Of a stretch of 64,000 bases of DNA, positions 36,785-47,022 are shown piece after piece. The DNA is taken from the NCBI GenBank assembly GCA_002328185.1, contig DCWQ01000029.1, positions 69,951 to 133,950 on the forward strand, given 5' to 3'. Within the stretch, counting starts at the first letter, position 1. The number at the start of each line of letters is the position of its first letter. The DNA is from Dehalococcoidia bacterium UBA2158. Lineage in GTDB: Bacteria; Chloroflexota; Dehalococcoidia; Lucifugimonadales; UBA3495. The notes beneath the pieces are model-generated. The model saw nothing but the letters and a program-made list of their open reading frames with translations. It searched no databases and had not been told where the DNA came from. Made by a program: the position numbers and the translations under genes.

Positions 36785-38359
36785 TTAGGCCGGAGCTACA
36801 AACTCGACGGCGCGCTCCGCCATCATGAGGACCGTAGCATGGCTGCCACCTGACCTGGTGATCTTTGGCTTCACCGACGCATCGACCACCGACAACCCAG
36901 TTACTCCCTTGACTTGGCAGTATTGATCGACAACCGCCATCGGGTCGGAGTCGGGCCCCATCTTGCAGGTCCCGGATACGTGCCTGGCCGTTCCAACAGT
37001 CTGGGCTATGTAAAGGTCCAAAGCGTCGTCATTGCCCAGAATGTCATCTGTCGGGTGGAGCCGGCGATCGCATACATCTTTGTAGGCGCCGGTCTCGAGG
37101 AAATCAGCCGCCTTCCTTATACCTTCCCGCACCCGGCGTTTGTCATTCTGGTCCTGGAGATAGCGATAATTGAAGGTGGGTTGTACAGAGGGATCATCGG
37201 ACGCAAGGTTGACGTATCCCGAGCCGTCGGGTAACCCAAGGGTAATCGAGATTCTTGCCACCCGGTCTGCAGGGACTTCGTCATTCAGGAATTTGGTCCG
37301 CAGACCGGGGACGCGCTCTGGCCGCTCGTCGACCATCGGCGTGGTCCTCATCAACATGTCGTTGACTTCGCTGGACCCGTCGGATGTGTAGTGCAGGCCA
37401 AAGTGGACCCCATCGACGTCGCCAAAGAGGGACAACCCGTCTTTGACCTTGAAGGTAACCTGGGCGCTCAGATGGTTCATCAAGTTCTGTCCGACTCCGG
37501 GAAGGTCCTGAATGACCGGAATACCGAATTGCTCAAGCTGGTCCGCGGGGCCAATCCCCGACAGCATCAGCAGTTGAGGCGATTTGATAGCCCCGGCACT
37601 CAACACAACACGTTCGGCTTCAATGGTGAAGATCTCGCCGCCGCTTTCTACTTCCACGCCAACGGCCCTCTTGTTTTCAATCAACACCTTCCTGGCCAAT
37701 ACCCCTCCCCTCACCGTCAGGTTAAGACGGTGACGCATGGGGTTTAAGTGGGTGATCGCGGCGCTCATCCGCCAGCCGTCCAGGTTGTTCGACGGCCACA
37801 CGCCTACGCCCGCGGGATTTGGGCCGTTGGTATCCTCAACCGCCCCGTAACCCTCATCCAAACAGGCTGCGTGGAACGCCTTTTGTATGTCTGGCGTTGG
37901 TCCGGTCTGGCGACGCCTTACCGGTATCGGACCGTCGGTCCCATGAAAATCGTCCCGGATGTCTAGGTCGTGTTCGGATTTCCTGAAGAACGGCAAGACT
38001 TTGTCATAAGACCATTGGTCGTTGCCCATGGCAGCCCATGAATCGAAATCCTCAGGCAAACCTCTCTGCATAGCCGCGCCATTGATGGACGACCCTCCCC
38101 CAATCACCTTTCCCTGGGCTACGTGTATCTCCCCTTGCTCCTCGGTGGCCGTTCCCTGCAGGGCCCAGTTGTGTTCCGAATCCGGGGATTCGGCATAACC
38201 TGTGGTCGCGTATTTGATCTCGTCGGGAAGGATGTCTGTATTCGGGTAGTCCGTCCCGGCTTCCAGCAATAAGATAGAGGTATTCGCGTTCTCGGCCAAT
38301 CTACCGGCCAACACTGACCCGGCGGCGCCACCTCCGACAATCACAACATCGTATTTCAT
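36785..38359 (-). CDS. GMC family oxidoreductase (choline dehydrogenase-like)
   Basis: 524 aa: MKYDVVIVGGGAAGSVLAGRLAE, GKVIGGGSSINGA, and a C-terminal HATVLMMAERA-type segment. Confidence 0.9.
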   Translation of the reverse strand: MKYDVVIVGGGAAGSVLAGRLAENANTSILLLEAGTDYPNTDILPDEIKYATTGYAESPDSEHNWALQGTATEEQGEIHVAQGKVIGGGSSINGAAMQRGLPEDFDSWAAMGNDQWSYDKVLPFFRKSEHDLDIRDDFHGTDGPIPVRRRQTGPTPDIQKAFHAACLDEGYGAVEDTNGPNPAGVGVWPSNNLDGWRMSAAITHLNPMRHRLNLTVRGGVLARKVLIENKRAVGVEVESGGEIFTIEAERVVLSAGAIKSPQLLMLSGIGPADQLEQFGIPVIQDLPGVGQNLMNHLSAQVTFKVKDGLSLFGDVDGVHFGLHYTSDGSSEVNDMLMRTTPMVDERPERVPGLRTKFLNDEVPADRVARISITLGLPDGSGYVNLASDDPSVQPTFNYRYLQDQNDKRRVREGIRKAADFLETGAYKDVCDRRLHPTDDILGNDDALDLYIAQTVGTARHVSGTCKMGPDSDPMAVVDQYCQVKGVTGLSVVDASVKPKITRSGGSHATVLMMAERAVEFVAPA

Positions 38360-38510
38360 GGGTTCTCCCTGATTTATTTGTCATCTGGATTAGGACCTTC
38401 CAGATACCACTGATACCCAAAATGGGTTTATGTCTCGGTGATACTACACTGAGACCAATTATCGGGCAACAAACGGACAGATAGCGTCAATGTAAAGGTC
38501 AGGCGTTTTA

Positions 38511-38921
38511 CTATTTGGACCCCGGTTCCTTCTCTACGACGTGGAGGTACATGAAAGCGCCGCTCAGAAGAGTGGCGTCTTCGCAGTGGCCGCCGATCAT
38601 TTCACCTGAAGGCCGGGCGGCGGCAATGTGAATGTGCACCCGAAGGGCGCCTTCCGGCAAGGGTTGGATGTACCCTTCCGCACTAACTACCTCCAGGGTT
38701 TCGTTCAACACGTGCCGTTGGAATTCAGGCGAGCCTTCTTCCCAGCTACAAAGGTTTCGCAGCTTCAGTTCACTCAAACTCCCGATGCAGGACGTTACGA
38801 TAGCTTCTCTGATGCCCTCTGCCTGCGCCAGTGATTCGAGGGTGCTGACCAAGGACTCCCCAGCTAGAAATTTTCTGTACAGGATGCCTGAGGCTTTCGT
38901 TTCCCATTCTTGAATTGCCAT
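38511..38921 (-). CDS. PPC (DUF296) domain protein
   Basis: 136 aa: ...SCIGSLSELKLRN...HIHIAAARPSGEMIGGHC..., typical of PPC/DUF296. Confidence 0.6.
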   Translation of the reverse strand: MAIQEWETKASGILYRKFLAGESLVSTLESLAQAEGIREAIVTSCIGSLSELKLRNLCSWEEGSPEFQRHVLNETLEVVSAEGYIQPLPEGALRVHIHIAAARPSGEMIGGHCEDATLLSGAFMYLHVVEKEPGSK

Positions 38922-39064
38922 TAATTCTCCTGGGGCCTAGACGTATGGTGGCTAGTATAGCCCGGCGGGTTTCCGATGGGAGTGCCTGTGTGTACAATCC
39001 CCAGGGCGTGGCGGTTCAGGTAATCCTCGAGGGCGCCCCCGGCACGGCAAAAGGAGCAACCAAG

Positions 39065-40162
39065 ATGGTGGCGAACTCTATCCCACTGGCAAAACAGGTT
39101 ATCCAGGGCCGGCCGGTAGCTGTTCCTCTCGGTAATGAGCAGGAGAGTAGATTTCAGCGTCTGGTCGAAGAGACGACCATGATCGACCTCCATGAGCACC
39201 CGATGGTGAAGCCGGAAGATCCCAGCCGACTCTTGGAGTACCTGCGCGGCGACGTCCACGAGTGGGGCTACGAGGCGATACGCCACGGAGGGTTTACAGC
39301 GGTTGGGACGGCCAATGTCTTTCGGGGCATGGTGAACACCGACGAGATGTCCTTCATTCGGTTCGAAGACCTTTTGGACGAGATCGGCATGATGCTCTCA
39401 GATGTCGGCCGTCATGGCGGGGTTGTCAAAGTCGGCAACGCTGACGAGATCGAAGCGGCAAAGCGGCAAGACCAGGTGGGTATCTTGCCAACGGTGGAGC
39501 ACTTGGCCATCGGCAGCGAGTTGCAGCGTCTGGACGTGCTCTACAGCGCCGGCGTCAGGCTGGCAGGGCTCACCTACCGACGTAAGAACTATATCGGGGA
39601 CGGCCACCTGGAGCGCAACGACGGCGGGCTGAGCCTGTTCGGAATCGAGGTCATTAAGAGGATGAACGATCTGGGTATGGTGGTCGACTTGTCCCACGCG
39701 TCTTTCAAGACGGCCATGGACGCCATAGAGTGCTCCCAGACGCCCGTGTGCTTCAGCCACGACGGGTCATACACTCTCGGCCAGCAACAGGGTGGCGGAG
39801 AGTATGCTTCGGGACGCCTGAGGAGAGACGAGGAGTTGGTCGCCTGCGCGCAAAAAGGCGGAATCATCGGGGTCACCGTCGCGCCGTCGGTGATCAGTAG
39901 CTGGGGATCCACTCTGAGCATCGATCGTTTGCTGGATCACTACGATTACATGGTGAACTTGCTGGGCATCGACCACGTAGCCATCGGCACAGATTCCAGC
40001 ATAGGGGAGAGAAGCTCGGGCTTTGTCACCGGCGTCGAATCCATCGCAGAAGCGAAGAACATCATTCGCGGGCTAATCACCCGGGGTTACTCCGATGCCG
40101 ACATCATAAAGATCACCGGCGGCAACGCACTGGTATTCTTTCGCAGGGTCATGGGCGGGTAG
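39065..40162 (+). CDS. membrane dipeptidase family (peptidase M19) protein
   Basis: Track ORF 38915..40162. Start placed at ATG 39065 (AAGGAG upstream). Motifs: IDLHEHP, VVDLSHAS, CFSHDG, IGTDS. Confidence 0.8.
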   Translation: MVANSIPLAKQVIQGRPVAVPLGNEQESRFQRLVEETTMIDLHEHPMVKPEDPSRLLEYLRGDVHEWGYEAIRHGGFTAVGTANVFRGMVNTDEMSFIRFEDLLDEIGMMLSDVGRHGGVVKVGNADEIEAAKRQDQVGILPTVEHLAIGSELQRLDVLYSAGVRLAGLTYRRKNYIGDGHLERNDGGLSLFGIEVIKRMNDLGMVVDLSHASFKTAMDAIECSQTPVCFSHDGSYTLGQQQGGGEYASGRLRRDEELVACAQKGGIIGVTVAPSVISSWGSTLSIDRLLDHYDYMVNLLGIDHVAIGTDSSIGERSSGFVTGVESIAEAKNIIRGLITRGYSDADIIKITGGNALVFFRRVMGG

Positions 40163-41372
40163 CCTGGTTCTTTGCCCGTTAAAAGCTCACCGAGCTCTTC
40201 TCTTTATGAACCTAGCCCAAATCGCTAGGTGTGAATTTTCCTGATATGTGCGTTTGTGAGGTGTTGCACTTTGATAACACGGGCCAGACCTCTCAACTGA
40301 GGAGTCAGTACATCCATGCACGTGGGACGGCTCAACAGATTTCAGTATAACCCTTAATCAAACATACCAAACCTATCAGGCATCACCATCGACCGTATTA
40401 TTCCTCGCTCATTGAAATACCCAACTTTGAAACGGAGATTCTGATATGGCTGAACAAAATATCGATTGGCAATCGGTTTCACGGTCGCTAAAGCAACCAG
40501 CAGCCAGTTGGATAACGCTCGAGAAACCGAGATTAGCCTGATGATTACCCAATCCGGAATCAATCTAGTATTGATGTCTCCAGATGCCGGCGCTACGCGG
40601 ATACGATGCCCTGGAAGTTTCTGATCCAGGCTATCTTGAATCAAACTCCCCGCTTGTGCGGAGATCTCTACATTCAGTTTCACCAGGGGTTCAAACAGGC
40701 TTTGGATGAACTTGGATTTCATCTGATGACAGGCCGGAGCCGTGACGGCAGGCGGATGATTAGTCGGCTTCGGGACTATCCGACGATAACTTCACAATCA
40801 TTGAGAGTTCCTGGCCAAGCATCAGCGTGCCAACCCTGCTTAAGACGAGGTAATCATGCATTTGCGAACATTGAGATATGGGAACGCCTTTTCCGAGCGG
40901 AGGCGGAAACCGATAATGATGCTCTCTTTCGAGAGCATATAAAAAGGCTGGATTTGCCCCACAAACCCGAGTTGCTGATAGATGGCACGATCTTGGTGAT
41001 GCGAGCTTGTGAAGCCTATTGGACATTGGACCAAAGAGATCTATAGGAATTCGGCCGCTTTCTGGATATGCAGTGGTACGATCCCCCCGACACGACCGAA
41101 ACCCGCCCCGTGTATACGCTTAATATCTTTGAGTTTGTATTGGTACGGGTCATTTAGGTGGTTGTGGCCGCGGTATTAACTGGGATGCGCAGGCGAAACA
41201 GGAAGCACCCAGACAAACTTAAAGGGCCATCGGTCTGACTAGTTGGTGGCCCTTTGTCAAAGCTTCAACCGTTTTGATTGTAACCGCCACTATTAACCTG
41301 ATATCGGTGGTTTTACGTTAAGCCTATGATGATCTAACACGGTTTTCCTGTTGCTAATTAGAGCACAAATTT

Positions 41373-42965
41373 ATGATCAAGAATGTTCTCCCTTGGGCGA
41401 TCTCAGGTATAGCCTTGGTTTGTTGCGTTGCGACAATCTATTCTTTAATGGCCTATCGTGATGTTGTGAATAAGATAGTCGCATCAGAAGAATCTTCTGA
41501 TCTAGAAGATTATGGTCAGGCTATAACAATACTCGAATCGGCAATGACTAGTTCGATCGTTAAATTCTTTGGAGTAAAACGGAAGACTCTTGAAGACCTG
41601 TCGACCGCTGCCGCTACTCGAGAGGTAGACAAAAGACATTTTGAGGATGGGCTAAATGCCGGTTCCGATGACTTATTAGACGGCATCAATAAACTCTCTG
41701 AAATCGCCAGAGATTCTCGCTATTTTGACCAGTCCCAGATCAAGATAGGCGAGTTTCGATTACAACTTTTGGAATTGGAACTAGATTCGGCTGACGAGAA
41801 AACAAAAAAAGCAGAAGAAGAGATTAAGCTACTATTAATTTCGAACAAGGCGCTAGAAACAACTTTAAATCAAGAGACTGAATCGAAACTTGCAGCAGAA
41901 AGCGCAGCTAGCATGGCGAACCAACGGGCAGACGATGAAGCCACCGCTAAGAGGTCCGCCCAACAGCAAGCCGCTGATCAAGAGCTGCTCGCTCAAGAAG
42001 AGGCAGCAGGCAAGAAGTTAGCCCAACAACAAGCCGCTGATCAGGAACAGATCGCTCAAGAAGAAGGTGCAGCCAAGAGGGTAGCCCAGCAGGAAGCCGC
42101 AGAACAGGCTGCCTTTGCCAAACAGATAGAAAAAGACCGAATCCTGCTTCTAGCGGATACCCATCCTATGATCCAAGCGGTCGTTTCTGGTGAACTAAAA
42201 TTTTATTTCGAACCATTGCCGTGGTATGCAGCTCCAGAAGTATCTTCAGGAGTTGAAGAAATTGCCCAATCATTATCAGAGTGGAATCCATATAACGCGA
42301 CCATGAGAAGAGTTTATTCCACCTCCAATGCTGATCTAGTAATTACTTGGGTCAAAGATTACGGCACCCATGTGCTCGGCGAAGCTATATATAAATCTCA
42401 CATTAAGGTCGGTTTGGGAACCGAAAATTGCATAGGCGATTGGATGGCATTTGATTCGAATACCTTGAAAAAAGTGCTATGGCATGAGATAGGGCATACT
42501 ATGGGCTATTCCCACAGTTCCAATCCAACTAATGTGATGTACCACAATACCGCGACCCATTTTTTTGTAGAACAGGACATCTCCGAAGCTATAGCTTCTG
42601 GTTGGTATATGACATTCCCCCTTTGCGGATCAGGTCAATATTTTTATTCGTTCGAATCAGAGAATTCATACGAGGGTTTTGACATATATGTACTTCCGCC
42701 TGGAACGGATGGGGCAACGGTCAATTCTGGTGGTCTTGTTTACACGGATTGCGGATCGACAGGAATTGCCTCCTATAGCAACTCGTGCAACGTGAGCTTT
42801 GGGGCATCTATATACATTTCACCAACTCATTATTACAACGGAGTAACCATCACTGGAAAAGTAATCACTCCAGATGAATCTGTCTGGCCTGATATGGAAT
42901 GGGATGCGTCGGTTTTTGAATACGAAGCATCAGACTTGCTCTACTACCGTGATTTCTTTCGATAA
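41373..42965 (+). CDS. membrane-anchored zinc metalloprotease (metzincin, matrixin-like) with a coiled-coil stalk
   Basis: 530 aa. N-terminal TM segment PWAISGIALVCCVATIYSLMAY, a Q/A/E-rich repeat region, HEIGHTMGYSH (HExxHxxGxxH) followed by NVMY (Met-turn candidate), and a Cys-containing C-terminal domain. Low GC. Confidence 0.75.
   Translation: MIKNVLPWAISGIALVCCVATIYSLMAYRDVVNKIVASEESSDLEDYGQAITILESAMTSSIVKFFGVKRKTLEDLSTAAATREVDKRHFEDGLNAGSDDLLDGINKLSEIARDSRYFDQSQIKIGEFRLQLLELELDSADEKTKKAEEEIKLLLISNKALETTLNQETESKLAAESAASMANQRADDEATAKRSAQQQAADQELLAQEEAAGKKLAQQQAADQEQIAQEEGAAKRVAQQEAAEQAAFAKQIEKDRILLLADTHPMIQAVVSGELKFYFEPLPWYAAPEVSSGVEEIAQSLSEWNPYNATMRRVYSTSNADLVITWVKDYGTHVLGEAIYKSHIKVGLGTENCIGDWMAFDSNTLKKVLWHEIGHTMGYSHSSNPTNVMYHNTATHFFVEQDISEAIASGWYMTFPLCGSGQYFYSFESENSYEGFDIYVLPPGTDGATVNSGGLVYTDCGSTGIASYSNSCNVSFGASIYISPTHYYNGVTITGKVITPDESVWPDMEWDASVFEYEASDLLYYRDFFR
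41958..42113 (+). repeat. 63-bp tandem repeat (about 2.5 copies) inside the metzincin gene
   Basis: Copies at 41958..42020 and 42021..42083, plus a partial copy to about 42113. They encode AQQQAADQE(L/Q)(L/I)AQEE(A/G)A(G/A)K(K/R)(L/V). Confidence 0.85.
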
Positions 42966-43284
42966 GGCCTGTATCGCCTCAGGGAATCGGTATATCAGAG
43001 ATTCCCACTGGCATGCGAAATCTGATCTGCATCAACATTACTTTAGTGCAGTTGCACCGCAACAATGCCATCGACCATTGAGAGAGCGCGCGCGATTGAA
43101 ATGGCGAACAATCAGGGGCAATCCTATATTAGTCACGAACTTGGGAGATGTTTAATTTCGAGCATATCGGCCGAGGGAGTAGGCTCCGCAATCGTCGCCG
43201 TACAATCCAACGCCATCAGCAGGACGATGGACAGGAAGACATGCACGATAAATGTTAGTGATAGGGTCGATAGGCAGCGCATGG

Positions 43285-43446
43285 TTAGTTAGAGCCAGGA
43301 TAACTGTCTGGAGGCCGTTCCGGCATCCCTTCGTAACGATCGCCACTACCCCAATCCGCGTTTAAGAATAATAATACAAATACCGCTACAATTACGATGA
43401 GGGAGATGGCGCTTCCTACGCCCCCAATCACTCTCTTTCGGCCCAT
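43285..43446 (-). CDS. possible 53-aa single-TM peptide
   Basis: Hand-found ORF below the track cutoff: MGRKRVIGGVGSAISLIVIVAVFVLLFLNADWGSGDRYEGMPERPPDSYPGSN*. No clear RBS. Confidence 0.2.
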   Translation of the reverse strand: MGRKRVIGGVGSAISLIVIVAVFVLLFLNADWGSGDRYEGMPERPPDSYPGSN

Positions 43447-43778
43447 AAGAGTCAACGTTTGGGGTTAGTTCTGGTGCCGCTCTCCGCTGTATGTTCCACG
43501 CGTGGCCACAGCTGAATAGCCCCACGCATTGAGCAACGCATTAGAGCGGTTACTGGTGCCGCAGGTGCCGCAGCAAGTGGCGGAGATGATACTTCGCCTC
43601 TCGCTATCTGCGCGTCCCGATATGCCGGCATTTATATTCCAAAGTTCCAGGCTACGTCCGGCGTTGCCGAAGAAGAAGCCGACGGCCCAAGGTTAAGGCA
43701 GCTAGGTATTAGACATCATCTCCACCCATGATTAATATAATCTCCGACCGGAACCCTATTTCGAGTTTGGAGGCAGAC

Positions 43779-44069
43779 ATGGCCGCATACGTGATTGGCG
43801 CTATCCAAAGTGTAAACGACCCAACGGCTTTTTCAGAGTATCAAAATTTGGCCTTACCCACCTTGGCGAAATACTGTGGAACCGTCGTAATCGGGAGCAC
43901 TAAAATCGAAGTGGCCGATGGGAATTGGTCGCCTACCGGCATGGTCGTGGTCGAGTTTGAAACCATGGCGAAAGCAAAGGAATGGTACAACTCTCCTGAC
44001 TACAACCCGCTGGTATTGCGTCGAACTGCCTCAGCCGACAGTGGGGTTATATTTGTAGACGGAGATTAA
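43779..44069 (+). CDS. DUF1330 domain protein
   Basis: Track ORF 43728..44069. Start placed at ATG 43779 after GGAGG. Sequence: MAAYVIGAIQSVNDPTAFSEYQ...VVVEFETMAKAKEWYNSPDY. Confidence 0.75.
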   Translation: MAAYVIGAIQSVNDPTAFSEYQNLALPTLAKYCGTVVIGSTKIEVADGNWSPTGMVVVEFETMAKAKEWYNSPDYNPLVLRRTASADSGVIFVDGD

Positions 44070-44330
44070 ACAATCGTAGTTTAACTATTGGCTGCTCCTA
44101 ACCATTATGATTCGGGTTCTCATTTATTATCCGAAGCCTGTTGAACGGAATTTCGCATCCGAGGTATGGCGTACTTTAACCCCGCCACCTATGCCTTCCT
44201 CAAAGCTGAAGCCAGCTGCTTTGGAATGGTCCTGGTCTGGCTGAGTCCTCCACTACCCCACTAGTACCCCCACCCGGTATGGGACTCGCCGGGGATGTCT
44301 CTAATAGATGATTGGAGTGCCTAACATGCA

Positions 44331-45746
44331 TCATTGCAACACCCCCGGCAATCTCTCCCCGAACAGTGACGCCGTCTCGAAAGCGTTGGCTAGTTGAAGT
44401 ACACCGAAGTCATCGTGGTGACGTCCAACGATCTGCAAGCCCACTGGGAGTCCCTCAGGAGTAAACCCGCACGGCACGGATGCCGCTGGCAGACCAAGCG
44501 AACTGATGTAGTAGCATGACTTCATCCAGTCAATGTATGTCTCCATCTGCACGCCGTTGATTTCGGTCGGATACTCGATTGTCACGTCGAACGGCGGAAC
44601 CTGATTCACCGGCATAACCATAAACTCATAATTCTCCATGAAGGCACAAACCCGGTTAAAATATGTGGATCGCATCTCCTCCGCCCTACCAACAATGCTT
44701 GCTGTTAGTTTTAAACCGGCCTCAATTTCGATGATCACTGTGTCCTTGATCAAGTTGCGGTGCTCTTTTAGTAATTCTGCCCTGAGAGACGCTGCTCTCC
44801 ACGCTCGCAGTGTCTTGAACACCTCGTCTGCGTTGCTGAAATCCGGAGCGGCCTGGTCGACTACACAGCCAAGCGATTCCAACACGCCTGCGGTGGTCTC
44901 AATTATCGAGGCGACTCTCGCATCTATCGGAAGACCGTTGAGGTCGGGTACGTATGCGATTCTCACTCCCGTGAAGTCTCTTCCGAGGGGGGCAGCAAAA
45001 GTTGCCCCGGGCTGGTCTATGGATATCGGGGAGCGATTGTCTGGCCCCGCTATGACGCTTAGAAAGAGAGCAACGTCCCCCACTGTACGTGCCATTGGAC
45101 CCTGAACGCTGAGCGTATCCCACTCCAATGGCGAAACAGCCGGCACCCGTCCCGGGGACGGGCGAAATCCGACCACGTTGTTGAAGTTAGCTGGATTTCG
45201 CAATGACCCTCCGAGGTCGGTTCCATCAGCGAATGGCAACATTCTACAGGCGAGCGAGACTCCCGCACCACCGCTGCTTCCGCCGCATGTCTTTGATGTG
45301 TCGTACGGGTTAAGTGTTGCGCCGAATACGGTGTTAAATGTCTGAGAACCGGCACCGAACTCCGGGGTATTCGTTTTGCCAATGATTATGGCGCCGGCTT
45401 TCTTGGTTCGCTCGACAATTATCGCATCCTGATTGGGAACGTTGTCCTTAAATATGGGAGATCCGAACGTAGTACGCATACCCTTGGTTGAAGTGAGGTC
45501 CTTCACCGCGGTGGGAAGTCCGTGAAGTGGCCCAATATATTCGCCTTTAGCAATCGCTGCGTCCGCCGCTTTGGCACTGTCCATCGCCCGGGCCGAGTGA
45601 AGAGTGATGATCGCGTTGACGGTTGAGTTGACACGCTCGATCTGCATCAAGTGCGCATCCATGACCTCGACTGCTGACAGTTCGCGATTGTGAATCTTGT
45701 CTCTCATTTCTCTGGCGGTCAGATAACAGATTTCGTTGCACGGCAT
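44331..45746 (-). CDS. amidase (amidase-signature family), third paralog
   Basis: Track ORF 44331..45863. Start placed at ATG 45746 (AAAGGA upstream). Motifs: CGGSSGGAGVSLA and AVKD..TKGMRTTFGS. Confidence 0.88.
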   Translation of the reverse strand: MPCNEICYLTAREMRDKIHNRELSAVEVMDAHLMQIERVNSTVNAIITLHSARAMDSAKAADAAIAKGEYIGPLHGLPTAVKDLTSTKGMRTTFGSPIFKDNVPNQDAIIVERTKKAGAIIIGKTNTPEFGAGSQTFNTVFGATLNPYDTSKTCGGSSGGAGVSLACRMLPFADGTDLGGSLRNPANFNNVVGFRPSPGRVPAVSPLEWDTLSVQGPMARTVGDVALFLSVIAGPDNRSPISIDQPGATFAAPLGRDFTGVRIAYVPDLNGLPIDARVASIIETTAGVLESLGCVVDQAAPDFSNADEVFKTLRAWRAASLRAELLKEHRNLIKDTVIIEIEAGLKLTASIVGRAEEMRSTYFNRVCAFMENYEFMVMPVNQVPPFDVTIEYPTEINGVQMETYIDWMKSCYYISSLGLPAASVPCGFTPEGLPVGLQIVGRHHDDFGVLQLANAFETASLFGERLPGVLQ

Positions 45747-46223
45747 TTGATTATCCTTTGACCAAGTTTGGGTGAATTCGGCGGTCGAGCCGGGAAACCC
45801 TTCACGACTCCTGTTAACAGATAAACGGTGGCGATGATGAGTGCGTGCACGAAGCAGTATCATCGGTCATTCCGATTTGGCTCGAGCCGGCGAGGTGCAT
45901 GACCTAGATATCTTCGTTCCAGCTTCGAACGGAGATTAACCTGTCATTCTCGGGCCTCCGATACCCATACCCATACCCATAAAATATGCTGCCACAGTGC
46001 CTTCCCGATGGGGTGTCAATGGAATAAGAGAAGCCTCGTAGAAAACAATCAGAGGGGGCTTCTAACGTAGGACTTAACCATTGATTGACGGAGTACGGAG
46101 CATAACAATTTTCGAGTGCGTTGCCATGCCTAATGTGAAATGGTGCCACTTGTTGCTAGTTGGTGAAACGTCTGGTCACATTTGGGCCCTATTTTAGACC
46201 CAAAATTTACGTCTAATAATTGA

Positions 46224-46574
46224 CTAGGTTTTATCTCCCGCTCGGGCGACTCTCCATTCATAAAACTTGCCGTCTCTCTTTCTTTCAACACACCGTACTC
46301 TGCTACAGCTAGCATTGCCTCGCATGTCAACAGTATCTGCACCGTGGTAACAAACCGGTATATCATCGTTCTCGTAGATAAATTCAATAGGTTCCGATAT
46401 GCTGGTCGGGCTACCACCAGCGGCTACCCAGTCCAAAAAAACCTGCCTGTTAGAAAAACTCCGCAAGGGTGTAGTCCACTTGAAATCTTCAGTCGGGAAC
46501 TCTCCGAGTCGGCCGGAATCTTTATTGGCAAATACTTCTCGGGTTGCTTTGGTAAATTCCGTACCTAAAGACAT
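46224..46574 (-). CDS. hypothetical protein, possibly NTF2/SnoaL-like
   Basis: 116 aa; GAGGG RBS 7 nt upstream. The fold assignment is a weak impression only. Confidence 0.4.
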   Translation of the reverse strand: MSLGTEFTKATREVFANKDSGRLGEFPTEDFKWTTPLRSFSNRQVFLDWVAAGGSPTSISEPIEFIYENDDIPVCYHGADTVDMRGNASCSRVRCVERKRDGKFYEWRVARAGDKT

Positions 46575-46611
46575 TAGTATCCCTCTGATTTAACAAATTA
46601 GACCGCAAATT

Positions 46612-46905
46612 TTACGGCATTCCGTTTAGAATGCCAGGAATCTCCGCTTCCGTGAACGCCCTCATAGCAGTAGCACGGAGATTGCCTATGCCTGCTTGCG
46701 CAAGTGCCATCCTCGCCGCTGTTTCATCATCAGGGAATTCATAAACAACCACGGCGTCCTGTGAGCCCAACGTCAGGTGATAATTAAGTAATTTGCCACC
46801 ATTGCCTTCAAATGCCTGACGGCCAGCCGCTATTCGAGCTGGAAGGTCTTTGATTGTTTTGTTGCCTTGTTCTGTGAAGCTGAGAAAAGAGATGTAAGTT
46901 GTCAC
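46612..46905 (-). CDS. GYD domain protein
   Basis: 97 aa: MTTYISFLSFTEQGNKTIKD...GGKLLNYHLTLGSQDAVVVYEFPDDETAA. Confidence 0.75.
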   Translation of the reverse strand: MTTYISFLSFTEQGNKTIKDLPARIAAGRQAFEGNGGKLLNYHLTLGSQDAVVVYEFPDDETAARMALAQAGIGNLRATAMRAFTEAEIPGILNGMP

Positions 46906-47022
46906 AGGGTTCCTCCAAACCGAAAATAGATTGGAGGATACTAACGGATAGAAGCCTAATCGTCGAATGTGTAAAATAGAGATGGCAGACGGAGGGCATC
47001 AATGGAAGGATGAGGAGGCGAT

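Noticed and set aside
43470-43700. A Cys-rich peptide-like reading on the minus strand (...ISATCCGTCGTSNRSNALLNAWGY...) that looked like a RiPP core.
   Set aside because: I traced the frame back to the nearest upstream stop (TAA) and found no ATG, GTG or TTG start and no SD. No modification enzyme genes lie nearby. It is probably non-coding.
45904-46149. An 81-aa ORF containing GYGYGY, produced by a short (cccata)x3 microsatellite at about 45960..45980.
   Set aside because: It has no SD and no family resemblance, and it lies in an intergenic stretch. The repeat is too short to be meaningful.
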